A stretch of DNA of 63,676 nt, counting the filler, from Chiloscyllium plagiosum (lineage: Eukaryota), in the NCBI RefSeq assembly GCF_004010195.1. It is 5 parts of one record of this genome, joined end to end, with 100 filler letters (N's around TTAATTAATTAA, not from the genome) between each part and the next. Parts side by side here need not be neighbours in the genome. Positions count along the whole stretch, not along the records: positions 39,043 to 60,494 come from NC_057717.1; positions 60,595 to 63,676 come from NC_057717.1; 3 more parts are not named here. One strand, given 5' to 3'. The notes under the pieces were generated by a model that was not told the DNA's origin, ran no database searches, and worked only from the letters and a program-made list of their open reading frames with translations. Position numbers and translations under genes: made by a program. Below, piece after piece: positions 51,247 to 63,676 of this stretch (positions within the stretch are counted from its first letter, which is position 1; each line of letters begins with the position of its first letter).

Positions 51247-52560
51247 TATAGAACATAGAACATAGAAGAATGCAGTGCAGTACAGGCCCTTTGGCCCTCG
51301 ATGTTGCGCCGATCCAAGCCCACCTAACCTACACTAGCCCACTATCCTCCATATGCCTATCCAATGCCCGCTTAAATGCCCATAAAGAGGGAGAGTCCAC
51401 CTCTGCTACTGGCAGGGCATTCCATGAGCTCACGACTCACTGAGTAAAGAACCTACCCCTAACATCTGTCCTATACCTACCACCCCTTAATTTAAAGCTA
51501 TGCCCCCTCGTAATAGCTGACTCCATACGTGGAAAGAGGTTCTCACGGTCAAGTTATCTAAACCCCTAATCAGCTTGTACACCTCTCTCAAGTGACCCAT
51601 AAACCTTCTTTTCACCAATGAAAATAACCCCAAGTGCCTCAGCCTTTCCTCATACGATCTTCCTACCATACCAGGTAACATCCTGGTAAACCTCCTCTGC
51701 ACCCGTTCCAGTGCCTTCACATCCTTCCTATAGTATGGCGACCAAAACCGCACACAATACTCCAGATGCGGCCGCACCAGAGTCTTATACAACTGCAACA
51801 TGATCTCAGGACTCCGGAACTCAATTCCTCTACCAATAAAAGCCAGTACGCCATATGCCTTCTTCACCGCACTATTTACCTGGGTTCCAACTTTCAAAGA
51901 TCTGTGTACATGGACACCAAGTTCCATCTGCTCATCCACACTACCAAGTGTCCGACCATTAGCCCAGTACCCCCATCATTTTGTTACTCTTACCAAACCG
52001 AATCACCTCACACTTAGCTACATTGAACTCCATTTGCCACATTTCTGCCCAGTTCTGCAGCTTATCTATTTCCCACTGTAACATCCTTCCTCACTGTCAA
52101 CAACTCCTCCGACTTTCGTATCATCCGCAAACCTGCTCACCCAACCTTCTAGTCCCTCCTCCAGGTCATTTATAAAAACGACAAACAGCAAAACAGATCC
52201 TTGCAGAACACCGCTAGTAACGGCACTCCAAGATGAACCTTTACCATCAACTACTACCCTTTGTCTTCTTCCACCCAGCCAATTCCTAATCCAAACCTCC
52301 AACTCACCCTCAATGCCATACCTCCGTATTTTTTGAAGTAGCCTACCATGGGGAACCTTATCAAACGCCTTACTAAAATCCATATGCACCACATTTACCG
52401 CTTTCCCCTCGTCCACCTCCTTCGTCACCTTCTCAAAGAATTCAATAAGGTTTGTGAGGCACGACCTGCCCTTCACAAAACCATGCTGACTATCCTTAAT
52501 CACATTATTCCTAACCAGATGCTCATAAATCCTATCTCTTTCAATTCTCTCTAAGAATCC
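51247..52560 (-). mobile_element. CR1 LINE RT to 3' end, 5'-truncated
   Basis: ORFs 52066-52503 (SQHGF..RFADD) and 51487-51939. Confidence 0.95.
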
Positions 52561-52719
52561 TATCCATTACAATTCTCTCTAAGCAGTGGAGCGATTCCCA
52601 TGAATCTTCAACCGGGAATCCTCCATATTTGGTAAAGCTGACTCAGGGATTTTTTACTCTCGCACTTTGCTGTCAGAAGGGTCGAAGTGATAGAGAGGAA
52701 GCAATCAGCCTCGGCTTAC

Positions 52720-54730
52720 GACCATAAGATCATCGGCCGTAGGAACAGAAATTAGACCAATCAGCCCAACTTGTCCGATCCACCATTCAATTATGGCTGA
52801 CAAGTTTCTCAACCACATTCTCCTGCTTTCTCCCTGTAACCCTTGATCCCTTTGATACTCAAGAACCTATCTATCTCTGTCTTAAGTATACTCAATTACC
52901 TAAAATCCACTGCCTTCTGTGAAAATGAATTCCATAGGTTCTCCACTCTCTGGCTGAAGACGTTTCTCATTATCTCAATTCTAAAAGGTTTTCCCTTTCC
53001 TCTAAAGCTGTGTCCTTGGGTTTTAGAGTCTCCTACCAATGGAAGTCTTCTCAACATCCACGCTGTCCAGACCATTCAGCATTATGTATGTTTCAATTGG
53101 ATACCCCCCACATCCTTCTGAACTCCATCAAGAACAGACCCAGAGTCCTCAAAAGTTCTCATTTGTTAAGCTTTTCATTCTTGGGACTATTCTCGTGAAC
53201 CTCCTTTGAACCAATTCCAAGGCCAGCACATCCTTCCTGAGATATAACAGCGCACAGTACTCCAAATATGGTCTGACAAGAGCCTTATAGCGCCTCAGAA
53301 GTACGTCCCTGATTTTACATTCAAATCCTTTCAGATAAATGCCATCATTGCATTTGCCTTCCTATCTATTGTCTCAACCTGCACGTTTACGTTGAGTGAA
53401 TCCTGGTGTAGAACTCCCAGTCTCCTTGCACTCCAGATATCTGAATTTTCTCCCCATTTAGAAAGAAGTCCATGTTTGTATTCTTCCTACTGAAGTGCAT
53501 GTTCTCACAATTCCCCACTTTGTACTGCACCTACCACTTCTTTGCCCATTATCCTAACCTGTCCAAATACTTCCTGAGCCTTCCTGTCTCTTCGAAATTA
53601 TCTGTCCCTATACCTATCATCTTCAAATGTAGCCAGAATGCCTTCATCTGGATCATTAATGCATAAACTTGTGGTTCCAACACTGAGACTTATGGAACAC
53701 CACTTGTCACCGACTGTCAACCTGAAAAGGACACTTTTATCGACATTCTTTGCTTCCTGCCAGACAGGCAAACTTCTAGCCATGCTGGCACATTGCCTCT
53801 AACACAATGCTGAAAATGTGTTGCTGGAAAAGCGCAGCAGGTCAGGCAGCATCCAAGGAGCAGGAGAATCGACGTTTCACATTTTCAGCTCTGATCTCCA
53901 GCATCTGCAGTCCTCACTTTCTCCTCTAACACAATGCACCTTGCCTGACTTAGTAGCTCCTGTCGGCACATTGTCAAAGACCTTCTGCAAGTCCAGGTGG
54001 ATGACGTCCATTGACTTTCCTTGTTCGAAGCTGCTCATTACGTCCTCAAGGTTTTATAGCAGATTTTCCAGGCATGACCTCCCCCTGATGAAACCATACT
54101 AACTTTGTCCTACTTTACCATCCACCTCCACGTATTCAGAAATCTCAAACTTCACAATGGATTCCAGGATCTTATGCACAGCCAAGTTTACATTAGTCAG
54201 TCTGTAAGTTTCAGTATTTTGCTTTACTCCCTTTTTAAACAGGTGGATCACGTTAGTGATTTTCCAGTCCTCTGGGAATCTCCCTGATTCGCGCAACTCC
54301 TGAAAGATCACTACCAATGCCGTCACTGTGTTATCAACTATCTGCCTGAGAACTCTGGATTGGAGTCCATCTGGTCCAGGTGATTCACTTACCTTCAAGG
54401 CCATTCATTTCTTTTTCTAGTACTTTCTCCTTGGTGATGGCCACTATACCTACCTCTGTCTACTCACTCTTTTCATTTTTTGGGATATTACTCGTGTCTT
54501 CCACCGTGAAGACTGACACCAAGTAATTATTCAGCTCCTCAGCCATTTCCTTGTTCCACACTACTATCTCTCTTGTGTCAATTTCTTGCGATCAAATGCC
54601 TCTCATTTGCCTTTTATGTATCGAAAGAAGCTTTTACAGTCTTACTTTACATGATTGGCTCACTTACTCTCATATTTAATCTTCTCAATCCTTATTTCTT
54701 TTTTCGTTCCTCTCTGTTGATCTGTGCAAC
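52720..54730 (-). mobile_element. CR1 LINE ORF2 to 3' end, degenerate, with a Penelope-type insertion at 53811-53922
   Basis: ESPGPDG..PEDWKITNV in ORF 54099-54404; 15-bp duplication flanks the insert. Confidence 0.88.
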
Positions 54731-55383
54731 TGTTAAGACATGGCGGTGAAACCCTCTGTTAATTATACCAAACACCGAGGAAAGTTCACCTCACCTCGTA
54801 GTCTATTAGAATATGAGTGACAGAGAACTCTCAAATTTCAATATTTAAAGGAAATAATGTGAATTTACTTTTTAAACTCTAAAAGTAAACATTACACAAC
54901 AACTACTCACACAATTAGCCCTACACAACTGATTATTATCTGCCTCCAACTCAATAACTATATGCTGTTTCATTAAGACACTTATGAAGTTTACATCAAC
55001 TTAATTTCAAAACCACACAGCCACTGCTGTCCACTGTGACGTCACTCTTCTTGCTGTTGAATTCCCTGGGCCGTCATATTTCTGTTTACTGTGAATATGT
55101 TTCATATGAAAAAATATCTTTGATAGTGAATATTTCCTATTGTCTTGCAGAGCAAGATGATTGATCCACAGGCTTCTTCTGTCTCGATGGCATCTGCTCT
55201 TTCTCCAATTTTCAAGATGTCTGCATTTTTATATCGCCTTACTGGTTCGATGTTGGCAAAATAGTAAATTCAAACTCAATTTGCTTTCAGTGACAGAAAG
55301 AGTGAAGGAAAGAAAGTGTTGCATGCAATAGTGAGAGTGGTGGAGCAAGTGCCTTATTCGGGGCTAGGTGGTATAACAGATAT

Positions 55384-55514
55384 GGCAAAAGTGAGGACTG
55401 TAGATGCTGGAAACAAGATTTACGTGAAAGTGGTGCTGGAAAACCACAGCAGGTCAGGCAGCATCCGAGGAGCAGGAAAATCGACGTTTCGGGCAAAAGC
55501 TCTTCATCAGGAAT
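55384..55514 (-). mobile_element. Penelope-type terminal fragment with a near-intact hammerhead motif (55479-55514)
   Basis: Minus strand ATTC-CTGATGA-A-GAGC-TTTT-GCCC-GAAA-CGTC-GATT. Confidence 0.7.
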
Positions 55515-56259
55515 ATAACAGATATACAGTGAGTGTGAGGGACTAGAGACAATACGGAGACACTTGCCCTGGCAGAGCGCGGAAGGTTATTGATGCATGT
55601 CCTGTATTGATGGGAATTTCTTCGGATCCTCTCAGCATCGGGGTGAATCTCCCAAATGTCTTGTCCACGTCTATCACTAATAACACCACAGACCATATCC
55701 CTCAGCTTCTTCAGAATCAGTTTGTGTCAACGTTGTAAACAACAAGGAATAACATACATTGGTGCCTTATATACCTAAAGCAAAACTGTTGTGCAAAGGT
55801 TGTGCATCCCATACTCTAGAAATTAGATATACAAATATTATCGGTGCTGCAGTAGTACTGGATGATCTAAAATTGCATCTAAACTGCGTTAACTAAATAA
55901 TTGCTAATGCTGTGAAAAGTAAATTTCATAAATGTATATGACGTAGATTGAAGAGTATGTTGTTGATCAAACTAGAGAACAGGTAATTTCGAGCGTGGTG
56001 TTGTGTGGTCACAAGGGCTAATTAATAATCTTGCTCTTAAGTAGCTTTTGAGGAATCGTGACATTAATATGCTGCATTTTACACGGCATCTGCATGCAAT
56101 ATACAATTTTTGAACATTACACTCAAATATCATGGAAGCCCGGGGATGAGAGGATCAAGTGAATTGAAAAAATACAATAAGACATTTAGTGTGAGCCAAA
56201 TAATGGTTGTTATTGATAGAAATATTGCATTGTCTGAAAAATACATAGATATCACTAAG

Positions 56260-57180
56260 TTACAAACATCAAAGAAAGGGAAGGTGACTCAGTGATGGTT
56301 TATGTAAGAAATTAAAGATTGGGGTAAATCAAAGAAAGCAGTTTCAGGAAATTTCCAGATATTGTGGAAACCTGAACATTCTGAGAGATTTACTTTTCTG
56401 AAAATAAGGACGGAGTAAGTGTTAAGGAAATCAAAAAGAACATGAATACAAACAAGCAGGAAACACAGACTGCTTACATCTACGATCCATATACTAAAGG
56501 AAACAAAAGCAAGGTCAAATGAGGAAATTTGTAAGGCATTAGAGAATTTATTGTGGTAGAAAAGGACAAGGGCACAGAAACTAACCACTTACCTCACACC
56601 TGTCTTCATGGAGAAAACTCCAGGAAATCTCTGAGGTATAGCAAGTGGTCACGTGGGTCTTGTGGAACTAAAGACATAAAGTCAATGCGTATCAGCAACA
56701 AAATAGTTCTTGAAAGTGAAGCTAGATTGATCATGTTAAGTCTGATGGGCCAGATGTACTTCACATCAAAATGTCAGAAATAAATCAGCATATTAATTGA
56801 GCTGTCGGGTGACTGTGTTTTATTTTCCTGTAGATCCTGTAAAGGCTATAAGCCATTGTAGATAACTGGAAGGCAGTAAACATGATACAAATATATGCAC
56901 AGGCAAGAAGAGATAATGCAGAGACTGCAAACCAATTAATTTTACATCTGTAGGGAAACAGTTGGAATCTACTATATAAGATGTGATATTGGGCATTTAG
57001 AAATGAACAGCAACATTGCAGAGAATCACTGTTTATTTCTGACAGAGAAATCATATCTGACAAACTTCGGAATTGTTTGAAGTTGTTTCTTGCAGCATAG
57101 ACAATGGACAACCAGTGGAAGTGGTGTGTTTGGATTTTCAGAAGACTTTCTGTAAGAACTCACACAGTGATTTCGTAAAT
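56260..57180 (+). mobile_element. Old CR1 remnant
   Basis: DNGQPVEVVCLDFQKTF in ORF 57073-57450; similar to the 26420 and 41620 blocks. Confidence 0.65.
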
Positions 57181-57423
57181 ACAGGTTGTGCTGTCCTGCT
57201 CTTTTGTGGATCTTCATGCTGGTTTCGGCCTAACGCCAATTCCGGGACCAGCCAAGCTAGGAGCTATGGCCTCAGCAGCCGCCAGCAGCCCAGGCCAGGA
57301 CATTTGCAACACAGTCGGGGTGACTTGAAGAAGGTGGAGGATCATACACCTGTTAATCGGAGCATGTTTGTGAAGATTTTGGTTGAGTGCTGTAGGTTTG
57401 AAGCAGCCGATGAGTGCTGCATG

Positions 57424-58618
57424 AACAGATTGTGTGAAGGATGGGTCTGACCTCGCTGCCGTGGAACGCTCTGAGTAGTTGGACCGTTCCATATCACCTG
57501 TCCTTTGTGGAGAAGTTTATGAAGAGAAACTCCTTTGACCACAAGTCCATCAGGAAGTGGTCAGCATGTAGTGTCCTTGAGACCCTTCGGGAAAAGGAGA
57601 AGGCGGATCCTATCGACCAGTTGTCGATACCCTGAGATGTCTGTTAAAGCCATTTGGCAAAATGCCTCATCGCCAGAACTTTCCAAAAAGCACCAAGACA
57701 TGGCTTGGCTGCTGGTGAGAAGGGCTCTGCCTGTGCGATCCTTTATGCATGCCCGGACTCTCAGCCGCACCGCACGCTGCCCTCTAAGCGGCTGCGGGGG
57801 AGCGGGGGGGAATGAGACTGTCACAAATTTCCTTCTGGAATGTGCCTATGCAGAAGACGTATGGAGCGGAATGCAGTGGTGTTTGTCGAGGTTCATCCCG
57901 AGCAGCGCCGTGACGCGGGACTCCGTGCTCTACAGCCTGTTCCCCGAGACGAACACTGAGACGAACATCAACTGTGCCTGGAGGATCATCAACTCGGTGA
58001 AGGACGCTCTCTGGGTGGTCCGAAACATGTTGATCTTCCAGCTGAAGGAGTTGACCCCGACTGAGTGTTGCAGACTGGCACATTTCAAGGTCCATGACTG
58101 CATGTTGAGGGACGTGCTGAAGCTTGGGGCAGCTGCCGCCAAGGCGCAGTGGGGAAAGACCACTGTGTAACATCTGCCTGCCTAAGAACAACAGGGGGCC
58201 CACACAGTCATTTGGGCTCTGCTGACGCCTCAGCTAAATATATGGACATATGATTGATAAACGTACCGATCTGTATATAAAAATGGTATATTCTGATCTC
58301 TGTTTGTAAATGTTTACTTATGTATGGCATGGAGAAAGTCAGGACTGCAGATGCTGGAGATCAGAGCTGAAAATGTTTTGCTGGAAAAGTGCAGCAGTTC
58401 AGGCAGCATACAAGCAGCAGGAGAATCGACGTTTCGGGCATGAACCCTTCTTCCTGAAGAAGGGCTTATGCCCAAAACGTCGATTCTCCTGTTCCTTGAA
58501 TTCTGCCTGACCTGCTGCGCTTTTCCAGCAACACATTTTCAGCTTAAGTATGGCATGACCAACTGTACAGTCTATCAAATTATTTTATGAATAAAGTATA
58601 TTTTTGAAATAAAAAAAA
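57424..58618 (+). mobile_element. 5'-truncated Tx1/L1-clade non-LTR retrotransposon (ORF2 C-terminal zinc-finger region, 3'UTR, A tail)
   Basis: ORF 57535-58170 with CP..GC..ETVTNFLLEC; AATAAA at about 58590 and A-run 58611-58618; 15-bp flanking duplication. Confidence 0.85.
58331..58544. mobile_element. Inverted pair of Penelope-type termini forming a long hairpin
   Basis: Arms about 58365-58450 and 58458-58544 are reverse complements; GTATGGCATG on both flanks. Confidence 0.85.
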
Positions 58619-60049
58619 GATGTGTGCTGCATGCAGGATTTTCCTGGGACAGGCTATTTCGATGTGACCTTCAGGAGCATAAAGCAGTGCAAGCAGCTCC
58701 TGACGGTCTTCAAGAAGGAAGGGGAGCCTCTGTTCTCCATCTTGTCAGCTGTTGTGTGTGCATCCTGCACAGAGTAGTCGGTTTGTTACGATTCATATGA
58801 ACAGCTCCCATGTTCCAGCTGCTGATGTCCTCACCTTCCTGAGAAGATCTGTCCAGATTGAGGCAGAAAGGACTGATGTGGTTGACTCTTTCAGAATCTG
58901 GACCAGCAAGCGGCACGTCAGGGTAACCCTGAGGGTCNNNNNNNNNNNNNNNNNNNNNNNNNNNNNNNNNNNNNNNNNNNNNNNNNNNNNNNNNNNNNNN
59001 NNNNNNNNNNNNNNNNNNNNNNNNNNNNNNNNNNNNNNNNNNNNNNNNNNNNNNNNNNNNNNNNNNNNNNNNNNNNNNNNNNNNNNNNNNNNNNNNNNNN
59101 NNNNNNNNNNNNNNNNNNNNNNNNNNNNNNNNNNNNNNNNNNNNNNNNNNNNNNNNNNNNNNNNNNNNNNNNNNNNNNNNNNNNNNNNNNNNNNNNNNNN
59201 NNNNNNNNNNNNNNNNNNNNNNNNNNNNNNNNNNNNNNNNNNNNNNNNNNNNNNNNNNNNNNNNNNNNNNNNNNNNNNNNNNNNNNNNNNNNNNNNNNNN
59301 NNNNNNNNNNNNNNNNNNNNNNNNNNNNNNNNNNNNNNNNNNNNNNNNNNNNNNNNNNNNNNNNNNNNNNNNNNNNNNNNNNNNNNNNNNNNNNNNNNNN
59401 NNNNNNNNNNNNNNNNNNNNNNNNNNNNNNNNNNNNNNNNNNNNNNNNNNNNNNNNNNNNNNNNNNNNNNNNNNNNNNNNNNNNNNNNNNNNNNNNNNNN
59501 NNNNNNNNNNNNNNNNNNNNNNNNNNNNNNNNNNNNNCTGTTTCCACACTGTAAGTAATCTAAGCTAATCAAAGATGGACTCAGGGAGGGTGATCATCAG
59601 AAGAAGAGACAGAGCGCTGCGGGGAGAAAGGAGGGCAGAACCTCCCAAACAGGAAACGACGAACCCTCTGAGGTGACTGGTAAAGACCACCTTCCACCAG
59701 GTGAAAACTAGGAGATACTAACTACCCCATAGCTCCAGGTAACTGGGAGCAGCGACTCTCTTCTGATCTGAGCTGAGGATTAAGGAAACCATTGCCTTCT
59801 CATGTCAAAGCCAGATTTGAGGAAGATCCTTTGGTACTCTCCCTGCAATAACTAGTTTTTGCTTGAATTAAAGTCTACTCCCTGCCTGTGCCCTGTCTGC
59901 CTCCAGAGTCTTTGTCTCTAGTTGGGGAATTTCGGTCCTACAATAATCAAGGACATACAGATCAGAGGGTAAACTAAAAACAGACTGAGGCATACAGGCT
60001 ACATCACAAATGGCATGCAAGAGGCAAGATCAACGTGATTAAGATCAGC

Positions 60050-60494
60050 ACTATTTGAAGTCAGAGATTCCATTCCTCAGTTTGCCAATGGTTGGGAAGA
60101 TACTGTTCATGAGCCGCTGGTTTGTGTGTTTAAGCTTCTGTACAGTCTGTCTGATGGAAGAGATTGTAGGTGATCCAGAGTGCGATGGGTCTTTGCTTGC
60201 CAGTCTTTCTGCGGCAACGAGCCGAGTAAATGGAGTCAATGGATGGGAGGTTGGCTTCCTTCATGGCATGGGTTGTGCACACAACATCCTGTCATTTCTC
60301 GTTCTGTTCTGGGCTGGGCTGTTGCCACACCAGGCCATTATGCACCCGGATGGTTTGCTCTCGGTGGTGCATTTGTAGAAATTGGTGAGGATCCTTGTGG
60401 GCATGCCAAATGTCCTGATCTTACGGAGAACGAAGAGGCGTTGTTGTGCCATCTCGACTGTCACATCTAACTGGGAAGTCCAGGACAGGATGTC
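60050..60494 (-). mobile_element. Rex1/Babar-type non-LTR 3' fragment
   Basis: AQQRLFVLRKIRTFG..LTNFYKCTTES..GCIMAWCGN (ORF 60261-60464); RLMNSIFP (ORF 60051-60239). Confidence 0.75.
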
Positions 60495-60594
60495 NNNNNN
60501 NNNNNNNNNNNNNNNNNNNNNNNNNNNNNNNNNNNNNNTTAATTAATTAANNNNNNNNNNNNNNNNNNNNNNNNNNNNNNNNNNNNNNNNNNNN
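60495..60594. other. Artificial 100-bp assembly spacer
   Basis: TTAATTAATTAA at 60539-60550. Confidence 0.95.
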
Positions 60595-62156
60595 TGCATT
60601 CTGATGTAATATTCAATGTTATACCACTCCCTAGTTGAAATGTCGTACAGTTAAATTAGATAGTAAAAAACATCTGTTGTTTCATTGCTTTACACACGAT
60701 GACCCCTAGTCAAATGTAATGAACTCCTGAGTCACATCTTAGACTGGAGAGTATCTTCAGGGAACGAGTTATTGGAAATGTCAGGAAGTATAGAACTGCA
60801 ATGGATCACTCCGTGCAGTGGATCTCATAAACCCAGTGTTCTCACATTCCTGCGTGCATCTGTGTTTGTGCAGCTGTATTGATAGCAGCACATTTCCTCC
60901 TTCCTACTTTAGGGAGCACTACAGTAAAAGGGGTTTGAGCTGGTTAATCTCCTTTACACTGTGTGGGTTTCAGATTCTGTTAGCTCTGACTGTTGGATGT
61001 TCAGAATCCGCTGTCGGCTTGGGTAACTATTGAGGAGTACCTTTCCAACCATTAGAGTGATGAAGATTTGAGGAATGATTTTCTTCTTATAGAATCATGC
61101 AGCACAGAAACGGCCGCTTTGTCAACTCCTCCATCCTGACCAGATATCGCAAATTAACCTGATCTCATTTACCAGCATTTCGCGCACATCCTTCTGAATC
61201 CTTCCTGTTCCTATACCCAAGCATTTTAAATGTTTTAATTTTACTCACCATCACCACTGCCTCTCGCAGCTCGTTCCATCCATGTCTCGGTTCAAAGATG
61301 TAATCTGCAGTGGGGCCTGCTGTTTGTGGATGGAGGGTGTCCCTATGAGGACAGACAAGTCGAACAATCAGGTGAACATTCTCGGATTCGAAAATGCAGG
61401 ATCTAATTAGAATAAAAAATAAATACTTAGATCACTCTAACTTGTTAAACATTGGGTTTTCATAACCATTTTTCATTACACTTCCCCTGTCCCACCTGCA
61501 AGTAGTTTTTGTTTTGAATGAGTACAGAGCTACACAATGAGTATGACTTTCCTTTCTAACCGTGGCTATCCACTTAACTGTAAAATATACAACAAACCTG
61601 AGCATTCCTTAAACCCACAGTGGCCATGACCCACTTTCACTGAGAGCAACAAATCATTTTCTGTCAAATGACCTCAAAAATTTCCCAAAGTTTTCCTCTG
61701 AATGAACTGAGAGCAGAGACGTTTAAGTAAATCCATGTAAGAGCAGCGGGATGCATTGAAGAAGGAAATAGGGAGGTTACAGGGCCAACATGTTCCATGA
61801 AAGATAAAAGGTGATGCTCTGAAATGCTGTGAACTCTGCTTGTTAGGGGATTTCCAGGATACGTTCACTGGTAAGACAGAAATTGTTGGAAATAGGAATT
61901 CAATCCATGAATGTGAGCTGATGCACTTGGCAGCATACAATACACAAGGGATACATTATGAATGGTAGAAACCTGGGAAGCACCAGATCAGAGGGATCTT
62001 GGTGCACATGAAGATCTTAAGTTAGCAGGACAAGTCAACGAAATAGTTAAGAAGGTATCAGATAAGTTTTTGCCTTTGAAAGCCAAGACATAGAGCTTAT
62101 GAGCAGGGAAAATATGTTGGCACTGTATGAATGTTGGCTAGACCACAGCGAGAATG

Positions 62157-62425
62157 TTTAGATTAGATTACTTACAGTGTGGAATTAGGCCCTTCGGCCC
62201 AACAAGTCCACACCGACCGCCGAAATGCAATCCACCCAGACCCATTCCCATACATTTACCCCTTCACCTAACACTACGAAAATGTAGCATGGCCAATCCA
62301 CCTAACCTGCACACCTTTGGACTGTGGGAGGAAACCGGAGCACCCGGAGGAAACCCACGCAGACACGGACAGAATGTGCAAACTCCACGCAGTCAGTCGC
62401 CTGAGTCGGGAGTTGAACCCGGATT
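62157..62425 (-). mobile_element. HE1-type SINE, 5'-truncated
   Basis: GGGAGGAAACCGGAGCACCCGGAGGAAACCCACGCAGACACGG on plus; TTAGATTAGATTACTTACAGTGTGGAA tail. Confidence 0.88.
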
Positions 62426-62699
62426 TTCAACCAATACTTTCCCCAGAGTCATTGCCTCCAACAATGATCCTGACTGCAATTATCCCAAACTCTGGTACTG
62501 TTCGGGGTTTTTTGTTTTTGCAGCATCTCTGCCATTTCAGCAACTTTCCCAGTGATGCAGCACTCCATGTCAGTCCCTTTGAAATTGCAGCAACCACCAC
62601 CCCACACCCCCCCCCCCCCCNNNNNNNNNNNNNNNNNNNNNNNNNNNNNNNNNNNNNNNNNNNNNNNNNNNNNNNNNNNNTTTTTTCTCAATCCTGATT

Positions 62700-63175
62700 T
62701 GATTTGATTTGATTTAATTTATTATTATATTGTCACGTTTACCTCTGTACTGTGGGAAATAAAAACTTGGTTTGCTTGCAGTGCTGCGAATGTTCCATGG
62801 AAAGACATAAGGGCCATCGGGTGATTGAACAGAGTGAGGGATACAGAGGTATAGCTGCAAGGAAGGTGCACAAGAAGCAAGATCAACATGAGGTTGAAAA
62901 TTTGAGAGATCCATTCCGAATTCAAATAACAGTGGGGAAGAAGCTAGTCTTGAACATATTGTTCTGTGTGTTTATGGTTTTGTATCTCCTGACTGACGGA
63001 AGAGGTTGGAGGAGAGTTTAACCGGGGTGGGAGGGTCATTAATGATGTTGGCTGGCTTTCTGAGGCAACAAGAAATGTACATTCAGTCAATGGCTGGAAG
63101 GTTGGTTTGTGTCTGATCTGGCCTGTGTTCACAACTCTCTGTAGTTCATAACGGTCCTGGGCAAAGCAGTAGCAG
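62700..63175 (-). mobile_element. Rex1/Babar-type non-LTR 3' end
   Basis: AQDRYELQRVVNT in ORF 62944-63189; (GATTT)n tail at about 62696-62715. Confidence 0.65.
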
Positions 63176-63676
63176 AGCACTTGGTACATTTCTGTTTGAG
63201 TACATGAGTTTCATTCCCTCTTGCTTCCTTTCATCTACTCTTATAGCAGCATACAAATGTATGTAGGTGGGACTGAAATTAATGTTCACTTCATTCTATG
63301 TAGGTACCTCTGTACTAAAAACCCTTCTGTAACACTGAAGTTACAGTGAATGCCTGGACAGTTTATTTTGCTAAAGGTGCCCTGGGGATCTGCCCGAGCT
63401 TCTCCACAACACCCAGTTTAACTTGACTTTCTCCCTTTGTATACTGCTCCTATATCTTTACATTTTAAACGGAATGATGAACAGCATATTATTAATTTTC
63501 AAAAACTTGCAGGAATCCACATTGAAAGTAAAGATTCCTGTGAAAATTCACTGTTATCTTCTTGGATGTTATGTGTTGATAATTGAGGAGAGTTAATGCA
63601 GCTTTGTCGGGATTGACAATGCTGTTTTGTTACTGTTACTTCTATCTCCGTGCATCCACAATGTTGGTTCAACCAG

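Larger units (their letters stand above)
57185..58937 (+). mobile_element. Tx1/L1-clade element 5' end and ORF1 (ZCCHC3-like), split by an insertion at 57424-58618
   Basis: ..MFVKILVECCRFEAADECCM before the insert continues as DVCCMQDFPGTGYFDVTF..FVTIHM..DVLTFLRR..IWTSKRHVRV after it. Confidence 0.7.

Noticed and set aside
63661..63676. ATG TTG GTT CAA CCA at the window edge as a possible third receptor start
   Set aside because: Only five codons are visible and it lacks the upstream block shared by the two paralogs.

Overview
Repeat-dense vertebrate genomic DNA, most likely from a shark or other cartilaginous fish (inferred from HE1-type tRNA-derived SINEs and the CR1/Penelope repertoire). 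The window is not one continuous sequence: four identical 100-bp spacers (44 N + TTAATTAATTAA + 44 N) join five pieces (1-12440, 12541-20946, 21047-38942, 39043-60494, 60595-63676). Most of it is degenerate retroelements: many CR1 LINE fragments, Penelope-like elements (RT plus GIY-YIG) whose termini carry minimal hammerhead-ribozyme motifs, Tx1/L1-clade and Rex1-type fragments, a Gmr1-like Gypsy gag remnant, LTR fragments and SINEs. Almost all ORFs in the supplied track are pieces of these. The host-gene signal is two paralogous first coding exons of GPR139/GPR142-like class A GPCRs (16394-16526 minus, 38596-38776 plus). Both end YYPILAxVGVP at a phase-1 GTAAGT donor, share a 14-codon N-terminal tandem repeat and share about 250 bp of upstream sequence. 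Collinear duplicated blocks between pieces suggest a tandemly expanded receptor cluster. No second (7TM) exon was found. Family assignments come from motif recognition, not database searches, and element boundaries are approximate unless stated.
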